Source: Amphiscolops sp. MND2022 | Lineage: Eukaryota | Length of the DNA: 64,000 nucleotides | Reading direction: 5' to 3' | Assembly (NCBI GenBank): GCA_964187785.1 | Contig: OZ076413.1 | Location: forward strand, 50,966,001 to 51,030,000 | Shown here: piece by piece, positions 34,909 to 47,943 of the stretch | Layout of the letters: every line of letters begins with the position of its first letter | Numbering within the stretch: the first letter of the stretch is position 1 | Notes under the pieces: model-generated | What the model was told of the DNA's origin: nothing | Seen by the model: the letters and a program-made list of their open reading frames with translations, nothing else | Database searches by the model: none | Program-made: the position numbers and the translations under genes

Positions 34909-36970
34909 TGGCTCATCATTTTGTTAATTTCCGCCCTCACAAATTGATTTGGGGGAGGAAAATCATAATCTGTGTTGCGTTTTTTTTTCACAAATTTTGC
35001 TAAACCTCCACTTTTTACTCCACTCTTTAATAAACATCCTGGTGCTTAGAAAAAGAGTTGCTTTTTGTCCCAGCAGGATTTATCCGACCGTTCGTCGTTA
35101 TATACCAAGTAAATTGTGTTTTACTAAGGGGGAAACGGAAGTTCGAAAAAATTGCGCTATTTTCGAATTTTTGACGTTATATCCGAACTATAAAGATAGA
35201 CTATAAAGATAAACTGCGTTTTACTAAAGAAGAGGTGGAGATTCGAAAAAATGCGCTCTCATATGTCCCAGCACGCTATATCCGAACTTTTGACATTATA
35301 TCAGAAGTAAATTGTGTTTTACTGAGGAGGAAACGGGGTTTCGAAAATACTGCGTTTTATCAGAATTTTGACGTTATACCTGAAGTAAATTGCGTTTTAC
35401 CAAGGAGAAGATACTTTTTCGATTAAGTGTCTATTGATAGCCAATTGAAACTGGAAAATATCCGGTGTATAGCGGGCGTCTTTTTAAATTACCTTTCAAG
35501 TCACCACTTATTCGTGCATGAATTTTATTGTATTATCGTAAGCCACGGTCTTCCTAATTTTGACTTTTTACCTCTTCTTGCAACTCGAAATCTTGATTTG
35601 CTGATGTAACTGCCAGCAACTCGTATCTCAAAGAAGACGGAGCTCGAACGACTTTGTGGTTTGGTGTCGAAATCCACGTTCCTCTCTTATGTTAGTGAAC
35701 CTCGCACCTATGGTTCTCCACGCTTCATGGTTCATTCCAATTAGATTAGTTCAATACAAGTTGCCGGCGATCTTGTGTCGGTCATTGCCCTGACGCTGTA
35801 TCCATTTTTGAATCCATCCGTGTTGTACGGTTTTATGTTTTTTTAACCGTGTTCTACTTCTAGTACGAGTTGATCTGCATTGTAATCCTCCTCCTCGCAA
35901 TGATCGACACGTTGCACGCGATTGGCCAAACGCTTCATTTTGGCTCATCATTTTGTTAATTTCCGCCCTCACAAATTGATTTGGGGGAGGAAAATCATAA
36001 TCTGTGTTGCGTTTTTTTCACAAATTTTGCAAAACCTCCACTTTTTACTCCACTCTTTAATAACCATCCTGGTGCTTAGAAAAAGAGTTGCTTTTTGTCC
36101 CAGCAGGATTTATCGGACCGTTCGTCGTTATATACCAAGTAAATTGTGTTTTACTAAGGGGGAAACGGAAGTTCGAAAAAAATTGCGCTATTTTCGAATT
36201 TTTGACGTTATATCCGAACTATAAAGATAGACTATAAAGATAAACTGCGTTTTACTAAAGAAGAGGTGGAGATTCGAAAAAATGCGCTCTCATATGTCAC
36301 AGCACGCTATATCCGAACTTTTGACATTATATCAGAAGTAAATTGTGTTTTACTGAGGAGGAAACGGGGTTTCGAAAATACTGCGTTTTATCAGAATTTT
36401 GACGTTATACCTGAAGTAAATTGCGTTTTACCAAGGAGAAGATACTTTTCGATTAAGTGTCTATTGATAGCCAATTGAAACTGGAAAATATCCGGTGTAT
36501 AGCGGGCGTCTTTTTAAATTACCTTTCAAGTCACCACTTATTCGTGCATGAATTTTAATGTATTATCGTAAGCCACGGTCTTCCTAATATTGACTTTTTA
36601 TCTCTTCTTGCAACTCGAAATCTTGATTTGCTGATGTAACTGCCAGCAACTCGTATCTCAAAGAAGACGGAGCTCGAACGATTTTGTGGTTTGGTGTCGA
36701 AATCCACGTTCCTCTCTTATGTTAGTGAACCTCGCACCTATGGTTCTCCACGCTTCATGGTTCATTCCAATTAGATTAGTTCAATACAAGTTGCCGGCGA
36801 TCTTGTGTCGGTCATTGCCCTGACGCTGTATCCATTTTTGAATCCATCCGTGTTGTACGGTTTTATGTTTTTTTAACCGTGTTCTACTTCTAGTACGAGT
36901 TGATCTGCATTGTAATCCTCCTCCTCGCAATGATCGACACGTTGCACGCGATTGGCCAAACGCTTCATTT
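34909..36970. repeat. Tandem duplication of about 1.03 kb (34909-35940 and 35941-36970)
   Basis: Head-to-tail copies with several substitutions and a TG microhomology at the junction. Contains about 60-bp GACGTTATATCCGAA subrepeats. Confidence 0.95.
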
Positions 36971-37800
36971 TGTCACTTATATGGATTTTGCCGCTTAGTT
37001 TCGCATTGTCTCCTTTTGTTTGGTCGCAGATCTTTAATAGAGACTTTTTTGCATAATTGTTGCAGATAATGTTTGTTCTATTGCAATGTTTTAGATGTTT
37101 CAGTGTCAAAGTATCTGCTCCACATCTCCAAGACTCATTTGTATTCTCTTGACTAGTGCCAACTGGGCACACTGGTTTCTCTTTTATCTGAAATTCTTGG
37201 TTCATGTACCAGGTTGTCTTTTGCCTTTTTAGCACTTCTTCGAAAACAATTGCGAACATTGATACTTCAGTTGGGGTGTCCTTTGCCTCCGTATACAGTT
37301 TTTTTCACTTGTTTTTTCATCATTTACATCAAAACGATAATATGAACCAATCCTTCAGTCTGATTTGCAAAGTCACACTTTGTCGCCAAGCATTTTAAAT
37401 TGTTCCAAAACTGTTGAAGAATTGCATTTTTATTGTGTGTTCTGGGAAAACGTTTTTGGCGAACTAATTTTGTGTTTGGTCGAGTTTGGAAGCACTCAGC
37501 ATAATTCTGGACAATGAAGATGATTAGGTTTAGGAATATTTATTCAACATTTTTGTGTCTGTTCATGCAAAAGGAATGTGTAGGAGACTCGTTACCTTTT
37601 TTCCTGGCTCTTATTCCGCGTTTCCTGTCATTGCTGCTACTCTGGGGTTTTGCTGATCTTCATATTTTAATTGTTCTGTTACTGAAATAAAATGGTGTGC
37701 CAATACTGCTTGCTCGAATAGTTGAATACTTACTTTATAACTTGGTCGTTTTTCCGCACCCTGCAAAAAGTTTCCGAATCCCGGGATTTGTGAATTTCGA
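36460..37800 (-). pseudogene. Heavily decayed Pif1-family helicase (Helitron/Helentron relic)
   Basis: Motif remnants in the expected order: FLQGA, VAAMTGNA...G..VTSLLHIP, IMLSAS, QLVLEV...DGFKNG, YFPVSIGY. Confidence 0.4.
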
Positions 37801-38412
37801 TTCTTTTCTGTATAAAAGTTTTGCTGCGCCAGGTTCACAACCGAGACGATAAAGACGTTAAAAGCCAGAAATGGCAAGACTGTATTGTGATAACGGTATA
37901 TGAAGTTTGACAAAATTTGGTAATATTGCAGATACTATTTTATTGGCATTTTACTTGTTGTCATTGTTTCAAGTTGTTTTGAAATTTTCATTTGCTCATG
38001 TTACAGTTTGTCATCCTCGATTGCATGATTGAATATGGCGACTATAATCTATAGTCGTGACAAACTCAGGAAACTCAATTACTAGTTTACCAATACCGTG
38101 AAGCTGCTAAAAATGGGAAAAGCGACTGGTTTAACCGGTCGTCAAATATTTAACATTTTTTCATGTCATGAAGCATCGTTTTATACAAGTCAACACACAG
38201 TATCCATTATTGTAAAAGCATCGATTTTATATAACAACTGTTGTTGTTGGTCATCGATTATATTTAGTCATCGATTCTTGTTGGATCATATAGTAATACA
38301 CCATTCACAACAATGGCAAAACAGTAACCATGGTTACCATATGTAAAAATTCAATGCTATTAACACAGTGCTGTGTGATCCGATTACTAATTGCTTGAGC
38401 TAGTAAGTAGCA

Positions 38413-39000
38413 TGTGTGAAAGCATATTGCGCGATAGTGTGTAGTAGTTAGTGACGACTGTAACACACAGTGGTAGTTGCGCTATATTTAACACCTGAAC
38501 TAACAACCAACTAGAAAGCAGTAACTAATGACGCATAATGAAAAGTGAGTAATTACTAAGGGTGTTCAGCGAACTTCAGTGAGATTTTACTTACCTTACA
38601 GTGCACACGCTTATTATACGAGTATACTACAAGTTTCTTAAATATTCACAATTCTTCAAAAATTTTCTCAAAACGATCTCAATTCAATTCTTCAAACTCA
38701 AAGACTTTTCTATATGGTGATCACCAGAGCTCAAAGCACAGCTAACTTCCCAGCCAGAAATACCGATATCAATGACTATAGCGATAACGAAAGTGACCTC
38801 AGTTTACCCGAAATCAACTCAGACAATTTGATTGCTGAAAACAGTAGCCATCTTTCAAACGAACAAGAAAGAGATGCATAAGCAAATTTGCGAACTAACA
38901 AGTCTAGTTAGAACGTTGACTGAAAAATTGTTTCTAGTAATAGAGCAGGGATTGACTCTAACACTCGAAATATCGGATCTACAAGTCATTCTGACACTGT
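38413..39000 (+). mobile_element. Possible LTR, PBS and gag-start relic
   Basis: TG-initiated segment of about 300 bp, then TGGTGATCACC at 38715 and a short coiled-coil frame (QICELTSLVRTLTEKL). Confidence 0.3.
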
Positions 39001-39245
39001 TGTCACTCATGCCATCTCGACTACACAGATTCATTAAATTTCTTCATTCCAATGGGAAAATATTGATGGAGAATAGTAAAAAGCGACGAGTCATCACTTT
39101 GCTAATGTTTCAAAAATACCCTAATTTTATTTCAAAAATATTTAAAAGTCATCTGCCATCTGAAGTCCTCAATTTCATTTGAATTAATTTTCCTTCATCC
39201 AAAATATTCATCACATTTTTCCTGATGTGAGTTTTTTGTGGGATT

Positions 39246-39722
39246 TTTAGTCGGTGCTTTTCTTGAGAAAAGAGCCGACTATAGTCATGGCTTTTTGTCA
39301 GTGTTTTTATCGGTACACCTGAAGTGACCAAATTAGTTCTACCAAAAGTTCTACAAAATTGTAGGGTGTCGCCAAAATGTACCTGTTGGCCCAGCGAACC
39401 TGCACCAAAAAGGTTTTTCCTTTTTTCCGCGTATAATACAATCCAGGGCGAGACTAAAGGGTCCCACCTTTGAATTTTTTCGGCATTGTGGGACATTTTT
39501 TCTAGAAAAACTTATTCCTAAAGGGTCCCCCTTCATTTTGTTCGAGTTTTGCGACAGAATGGATGTTGAAAAATTCCAAAGTGTCCCCCTTTCAGTTTTT
39601 TCCGGCATTGTTGAAAATTTTTTCATCAAAGGGCGAGTTCACCAATACTTTGGCACTTTGAAGTCTATTTGCTTTTTTAGAGCTTTTGATATGGCGCCGA
39701 ATTGGGCAGGTCTCTGCTTGTT
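39246..39722 (+). mobile_element. Family 1 Helentron-like copy
   Basis: TTTTTAGTCGGTGC...CCGACTA 5' end, AAGGGTCCC units, GGCGCCGAA then GCAG/CTGC hairpin and TTGTT 3' end. Confidence 0.6.
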
Positions 39723-41610
39723 ATACTAATTTTGATATTAGTTGTCGCTTTTTCGATATGGGTTGTCGCACTATAAGAGTTGTTGCTTGATATGAATTGC
39801 CGCTGTACAAAATACCACTCACTTGTTCATTTTTTTTTCGATATTATCAATTCTACTGAACTGTCTAAAAGTTCACGTAAAAGCTTGCTATAAAAAGACC
39901 ATGGTTTAAAGACTTGATGAAGGAATTATTTCCGTTACGAACACAATCATTCTTTTGACGTTCACTGGCAGTTCAGCAAATCTGCAAAGTTCTAGTTTCT
40001 TTGCATAATGAAATAAATTAATGCTACCTAGATTGTTTAACTTTTTGCATTTTTTGTAGTGGACAGACCTGTGATTTATCAGGAAGTTAACCGTCAAAAG
40101 TTTCGGCCTTTTGATTGGCTGAATTTTCAATTTTTCTTTCTCCTGCTTTCTGACTGGTATAATAGTGACGTGAAATGCATATAGAAGAAATAGTATAGTC
40201 TCTTTCCCAGATCGCAAAATATCTTTCAACTAGCGAACTACGTAAACGTTCTTGAACGTTTTCGTCACAAGATGGCTCTAAAATTCAATAAATTCAAGCC
40301 GTATCACATCAAGTTTCCTGCCACTAATTGCTTGCCGTTCTTTCAATTGAAAAAGTAACTTAATCCATCTCAACCGGGTGATTTTATCAGATTCTCAATT
40401 TTCTCAAATTATCATTTCCGAATAAAAATATTGGGAAGCTATTGTGGGTATTCAAATCAAATTTCACTTCCCTTTTCTAATTTTCCCCAATTAATCAGTC
40501 TTTTTTAATGCAAAAGGAGCTCAAACTTCCTTTCAGAGTTAGAGCCGAATTGAAACTGGATCGCCAAGAAACCAAGGACTTGGTGAGTTCACGCTGTTAT
40601 TATTGTTCTCTGATGTCGAAAATTTACTTGTTCGACGTTAACGAAGAAATTAATTTCACAAAATTTCTCAAAAAGCTATTTCAAAAGGATTCAATGACAA
40701 AATTTCAGTTTGCCTTGATGATACTGCATATTATGCGGCAAAACAATGAATTGAATAAAAGTTGACATGTGCGAAAGGAATCGTTTTGGAGAACGCTTAA
40801 AGTGATTTTGTTTAATCACCAATAATCTTCTGGATCACCACACTTGTTAGACTCATTTCTTCATTAGCTTAAAGAGCCGTTTTTCTACTCAAAGTCAATT
40901 AATTTTCAACCATTTTACACTGATTGGATTTTTCAAACTTAGGTAAATTTTCTTCCCCAGTTTCTTGAACTTTATTATATATGAATTTTCTTATATATGA
41001 ACAACCGAGATAGAGACATTTTCTATATTCTCTCAAGCCACGCTGAGTTTATCCTCTTTGGTGATTCATTTACAACTTAATGTTTCCAATATTTTCGCAT
41101 GGAACTCGTTCTTTTTAATTAGAACGTAAGTACTATTAAAAAGAATGGGTTATATGCAAATATATTGCTAACATTCCGCAATTGCGGAAGAGCCCACTAT
41201 AAATTTCAATTATTTCATTTTCAAGTTTTTCTATTTACGATTCGCTGGTGTTGACTGAAAATTCTCAAACCAAATAGCTACATCGCTTTGAATAAAAAGA
41301 ATTGAAGCTAATGTTACTTTTTCTATGATCGCTCGGACATTCAATCATTTTCCTTTCAAAGACAATCATTTCAAATCGCAGCAGGGAAAAAGATTATGCG
41401 GAACTTTTCCATGTTTCATACATATTTGTTGACAGCAAACTTTGGGACCATGATTTTTATCCCATCCCACAACACATCTTAATTATTATTCTCCCACGAC
41501 GAAAACGTTTTTTATACGAAAAATTAATTATAGAATGAAGGAAGGAATTTTGTTTCATGCGTACAACAACTTATTCAACTACATGTACATGTTTATTACG
41601 TGTTTGTGAC

Positions 41611-41973
41611 CAGAGTTTTGACGTCGCTAATTTTTTCCGCGAATCGCTAAACCGCTAATTTGAAAATCGCTATTTCGCTGATAAGCTTTTCTGCAAACTA
41701 TTAAATGTTTAGCTTCAAGTATGTTTGAAAACAACTTATTCGGTTTTTGGAAGAAAAAAGACTAGAATTTTTTGTCCTGTGCGAGTTTTACAAGGGTAAG
41801 AGTTGGAATTTTTCGAAATTCATATGAAACTCCGTGTATGCTCCGAGGAAACTTTGAGTTTGGACGGTCTATAAGTTACCGCTAATTTGAATCGCTGATG
41901 AAATCCCTGAAAAATTCCTGCGCGGCCGCTAATTCGCTAAATCGCTGATTAGCGGTGTCAAAACTCTATGGTC
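41611..41973. mobile_element. MITE with terminal inverted repeats
   Basis: AGAGTTTTGACGTCGCTAAT / ATTAGCGGTGTCAAAACTCT, flanking TTTGTGAC repeated at 41603 and 41974, internal CGCTAA repeats. Confidence 0.6.
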
Positions 41974-44900
41974 TTTGTGACCATATAAAATTGTTTCCTT
42001 CATTCAAGAATTAATTTCCAAGTGTCGATTGAGTACTGTGGTCTGTGAAGCTGTTTTGCTATTACATTCAATAGTCTAGAAATTGTATTGAAATAGTGAA
42101 ATAGGACCTGTTTTTTTCCCAATTTTTTTAACATGTCGCAACATTTTTTTTCTAATGTCTTCATGAAGATTCAAAGAGAGTTTTTCAACTTCTGTAAATC
42201 ATATTTTTTGAACAGAAAAATTCCCACAATTGGAACTGATTTTAATTCGATGTTTTTGTCAAAAATGATAAAAGTTTGTCTTTTCATGATCTGAAATTTT
42301 GTGAACTAGGTTTCTTCAAACCCGCACGCTGGCCAATAGCGCCCATGCGAAACTCGAGAAGCAATTCATATCAACTGGGAACTAATATATCCTCACAGCG
42401 AGCGTCTCCGTTAAGTTGGAGTAATATTTTTGTAACTGAACAAGGGCGGAAATTATTTAATGAATTGAACCTCCGCCTCTTAATGAAATTGAAGATGAGG
42501 TTTTAATCGGAAAGAGTGAGTGCGCCAAAATTGTTCAGCTAACTCTTCTTGAGCTAATTCCGATGATGTATCAAAACATGGCATGTAGGAGGTTTCTGTA
42601 TTCATCCGAATTGAAATGTTCCTAGAACAATCTCAAAATTTTAACTCCAACTCCAATATCCTTTTCAATCGAATAGGGTTCCATTTCCCTTTCTCTTCAC
42701 CGGGTACTATTCTTCACTTTCTGGAGATGTAATTGATTGCGATGCCTAATCAAACAGACTGGATTGCAATGTAAAAACAAGCCACAGTCCTGCTGCGATT
42801 CAATTTTTACATTAGCAGTTGAATGTTTGACACGGCGTCTTTGCCTTGCATGATTTTAGGGCAAAAATTGACGTCTTGGCTCTTTTTGGCTCAATTCACA
42901 CCTTTTTGTGTGGAAAATTCAGTCTTCTCTATCACAAGCACTGCTAAGTAATTAACTGTTCTGTTGGTGAACTCTCTGGATATTCATACCGACGAATAAT
43001 ATCAAAGCTCAGAAAAAATCGAACAAAAACGCATGACCATGTCAAATTTGAACGAAAACCGCAGTTTGTGGAAATTTCCATTTAGGGATTTTTCAAAAAC
43101 TTTCCAACATCCCTATACATAGATGAACATAGAATCTGATTCTCAGTCGTTAAAATCAGTGAAAAAACATTCATTTTTGAGTTTAAAGTTTGAACATGGA
43201 AAAATAGTAAAAACGCGGCTGCGAATAATTTTCTTTTCCCATATGGAATATTGACGGAGAAAGGTAACGCTGATTTGCTCTCAAACAGTTGGAATGTCTT
43301 CAGTTTGACTGCAATTATAGAAAAGAATGTGAGGTTTGATCATGAAATTTTTTTCTTTAAAAATAGGCGGCTACAAAATAAATGCATACAAAGTATTCTT
43401 GGGATGCCTGTTGTTTACTGAGTACGTAAGAATATGCAAGATCTTGGCAAGACTGCCAAGAATATTTGCATTAGGGGTACTTTGGAGGCCTTAGTCCGTA
43501 GAAACTGGACCATTCGGATACCTACTCCCATCTGAAAAAAATATATAATATTTTATGCAAAATGCAACGAATAGAAATTTAGACCTCTGACAATTTTGTA
43601 TGTAGCTGTTTTGAAAAATGATGCAAATTTTCACAAATGGGTTATCAAATTGATTCTTTCGGAAGTGCTGTGTCCAATATAAAGCATGCATAAGCAACAC
43701 TTCAATAATTTTTCTTCTGAAAACTGTTAAACCTTCTATGTGAAAAGATGCTTTCACATATTTTTTGTTCCAGAGGTTTAATATTCGAAACTAGCACTCG
43801 AAATGTTCCAATAACATTATCCCTAATGCGTAAACAAGATGAGACGGTTATGATTGAAAAGGCGTTACCAAGACGCAATGCTCTAACAAGTGAAAAATCA
43901 ACTTTCATGGTGACAACAATGTCTGCTGCATTCATGATTCTTAGCAGCAACCCTAAAAAATTAATCACGTCAAAAATACCAAAAATTTTCAGCTACACCA
44001 TTTTGAAGTTCATCGATTTCGACAGAATTTAATGCTATGAATACAAAAAAGGCTGCTGTGAAGACTACGTGCCTCTGTTTCGAAAATATCCATAGGGTTC
44101 TTTTAAAATTCAGAGATATAAATTGTCTGCACGAATGAAAAGTTTTCAGTCAAAACTTGCAATCTATTTTGCCTACCAAGTTTCCGGTTTTGAAAGAAAA
44201 TTTGTTTTTATGTTGGTCTCATAGCATAGAATTCGATGAATGATGAAACAGCTGTGCATAGTTTTGACTGTAACAAAATGGAAACTTCGAATATCTTCGA
44301 CACATTTCTGTAGGAACCTACAGTTTTATGAATATATACGGAGAATTTTAGGTTTTCAGACTACATTTTGATCGGCCGCATAGACTTTTTTGAAAATTTT
44401 CACGGACGCTTTTCAAAAGTTTTTATCAACTGCTTGAACTTTTTTTCAATTCTTTTATAGACTGCAGGGTCTGTTTTTTTTTTCAAAGCGCATGGAATTG
44501 CTTCCAGGTTTTCACAAGATGCAGGAGAGTTTTTACATAATTTTCCATTGAGGGTCTGAAAAATGACATGAACTCCATTCAATGTTTACCAGAAAAACCT
44601 GCAGATTGTTGAAAATAGTTGGTCTTTCTCGAAAATACAATCCGTATTAAAAACATTTTAATCTTTCATCTTTTTCCTTACATTCAGGATTGTATCAAAG
44701 ACAATTCTGCTGCGGATGTTCATTTCTGGTTTTTGGATGGTCAAAAAGTTAGAATTTTTCAAACATTTTTTTAAATATTTTGCATTTTCGTCCGAAAACT
44801 CCAAACACAGCATAATGCAAAAGTTGTACTGTAAGTTAAATACGAAAATGTAACTTCAGCTGATGACATTTTGACACGTTTTCAAGACATGAGATTATTA

Positions 44901-47190
44901 TATAAGTCTTGGGATATTCTTTGTGAAGGGAATTGCTTTTCATTTAATTGAAAATCAAGAGCTCTTTTATCCATTCTGGTCACTAATTTCAAACTACTTA
45001 ACCGTTCCCTCTGAAATTAGTATTCAAACCACGGTTTTATCTCCAAAATCTGATTCCCTGCAAATCTAAGTTGCACACCGCGTAATTCATCGCTTGTTTT
45101 TTCAGTTCCCAAAAGTGAATCATTTGATCTGTATGAACTTGGGTTGTTGGGATGTACAGAAATTCCACAATGATATCTGCGCACCTAACAATTTGCCCGC
45201 CTTGGAACTCCCGGGCAACAAAACATACATTTGACCCGGAGAGTTGTTTACCATTGCAACTGCAAGTTTTCCTGGAAAGAAATCGTCCAAAATTACAAAT
45301 CACTGAGTGATATGTTTTTCACTCGAGTGCTACTATTGACGAAAAGTATTGAAAAAATTCCAAGAACTATAGAACTTAAGTTTTAGAAATATTCCACATT
45401 TTATACGCTATTCCCAAAATAAGTTTATTTTTTGAAAGTTTTTCCCGTTTTGCATTTAGACGCTATTTTTTATTCTTTATTTCCGCCCGCTAGCTTTCCG
45501 TGTTAGAAAAGCTGAACCCAGAACCATTTTCATTATCGAACAAGTTTTGCAAATGGATTTGAATCTTTGACACCTTGAACGTTCTTAACCAGAAACTTTA
45601 CCAGAATCTTGTAAAGAATTCAAGATTTTTCCGCGATCCAAGATGAATTAGGATGTTATCAACAATTTCAAGAGGTAAAGCGAATTCGCAGGAAAATCGA
45701 ATATCTTGGCAAGAGATTCAATTTATTTCACACTGAGTAACACCTGAGAAGGATGATCAAAGAAACTCATGTAAGTTATCCAAAGAAAGTTTCATTTTTT
45801 GGGAGGAGGGATTTTAGGATTTTAGGAATTTTAAAAACTCATCTCGAGATTTACTTGAAATCTGATCTGCTGTATTTTTGGAATTGGTTTTGCTTTAAGT
45901 TGTTTTGAAACGTCCTGCAAAAAGAGCACATACTAGAGCTGAGACAATGCCTATGTTGCCTGGACAGGAGACCATAGTCCATCTACAAGCCTAGACACCA
46001 AAAACGGTCTACTTGGGGACTTTTCTGGCGTCAAAGAGACTCCTCATTTCAGAGCTCCGAGGCGGCACACTCAAAGTCCAGACACGTCCCGCAAGCACGT
46101 AAAAATGGTTTCTAGTCCTCCTGAAACTTCCTACATACTCCCGAGGTCCAAAAATGGCGATTAGCTGAAATACAATTTATTGGCTTAATGTGATGACAAT
46201 AAGGATTCTAGCAGATCATGCATTTCCAAATACCTGAAAATTAGTAAATTTATATTAAAATACGCCAAGAAAAAAACTGAATACAGTCTCAGCGAGTCTC
46301 TGACTTGCGAGGCAGTCATCAATTTTCTGTTGAGTTTCCGCATTCCCGCATTCTTCTGGTGGTTACAAAACGGCAAGTTTTCCGGCACGAGCAGGCAGAA
46401 CACGGGAGTGTTTTTGGGTTTCTCGGGGAATTTTGGACGTATCGGGGGGGCTGTCTCTGTGGTCTTTGTGTTGGGTTCTTATTACTTCTTCCAGACTGAT
46501 TTTGGGCACATGCCAGGTCGGCCATTTTTCTTTTGAGCGGCGCGTAGAAATTTTCGTATATTTTTGGCAGGTGTTGTTTTGTGACCAAACTCGTGGACGT
46601 TACATTTCTGATTGACTGACAAGGCCGCTTCGGCTTTTAACTGAGTTTGAATGCTTTTTATCCAACTTAAAATTGATGTTTTCATTAGTTTATATGATTT
46701 CTTTCACTGTTAGCGCGTACTGAAAGTTTCGGTAGCTGTTATTTAGCCGTTCGTTAATATAACTGAATGGAAATATAGAAGAGCCTGCTTGCATTGACTT
46801 TCATTTACTCTGACCCGTTGCAAAGTTACATAATAGTTTCATCATTTAGAGCTCACTGTCGAACAGATCGACCAGTCACAATTGAGAATCCAAGTCTTTA
46901 CTGCTATACATGTTTCTGCCTTAATATCGCCGACTGTATTCTATCACTCTAAAAGTTTCTTCTCATCCGTTTCAAGAAACCGAACCTCCGAACCAGTGGC
47001 ATTAGAGAACCTTTTTTTGGTAGCGAACGGTAGTTTTATCCGGATTCTAAATTAACAATGACGTCACCATAAGACTAAAGATGCATCGTCCATGAAGCCA
47101 AACCAAACACTCAATATGTGAAAATGAGAAAATGAGGCGCCTTTGCTTCGTTTATTAGAATCCTTTTATTAGAAGCCTTTCTGAAGAACC

Positions 47191-47400
47191 TGTTATTACG
47201 GAGAACTTGGAGTAAGAAGAATGAATTAAAAGTAATACAAATCAACACAAAGTAATGATCGTTAACATACAAACTGTTAGCTATACTGTATCATAGAATA
47301 CAACTTCAACTGATGTTCATACTGTAAGGCTTTTTACGATAGACAACTGGCAGGTACTATGAACTAATTAGTTCATCTTCTTAGTGGCATCTTCTTCTCA
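47191..47400 (-). repeat. 3' LTR of the Gypsy element
   Basis: TG...CA direct repeat of 52938-53147. Confidence 0.95.
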
Positions 47401-47943
47401 TTCCCCCCTTTGTAATTCAGGGAAACCATTGTTGAGCTTCTGTGGGCTCCCACTTGACCTTGACATCAGTCGTTGGGTTTTCCTTTTTGATTTTCGGAAA
47501 GGGCTGTCGCAGAAATCGTTGTAGTGGGCTGGAGAACTCTAAACAAATTAACCAATTAGAAATACTCTACCCCTCCTAATTTCCCCCCTCCTACTTACCC
47601 CTCCTAATTTCACGGTTCGCTTAGCGTCTTTTATTCTACTTGATCTACAAAGGTCTTTTGATTCTGTTTGTATTTTATGGTTTTTTGGTTCCTTTTTGTC
47701 TACTATTTTTAAATTACCTTTTCTAGGGCTTGCTGTCTTTTTCTTCGAAGTAGCTTTGGTACTTGCGGTGGCACGTATTGGCGTCTGCTGTTCGCCTTCC
47801 GGTTGTGTTGGTTGCGTGCCGTAACTGGTGGTACACTGTACCGGCGTAGACGGTGGTGGCGTATGTATCTCGGGTGCGGTTTCTTCTTCGTACCTTTGCG
47901 TTTCCGCTGTGGCGGTGGTGTTGCTTGCGTGCGGGTCCTTTTC

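Noticed and set aside
45950..46600. GC-richer, Cys-containing ORFs
   Set aside because: Frames are broken and match no family I recognise. Probably a decayed repeat.
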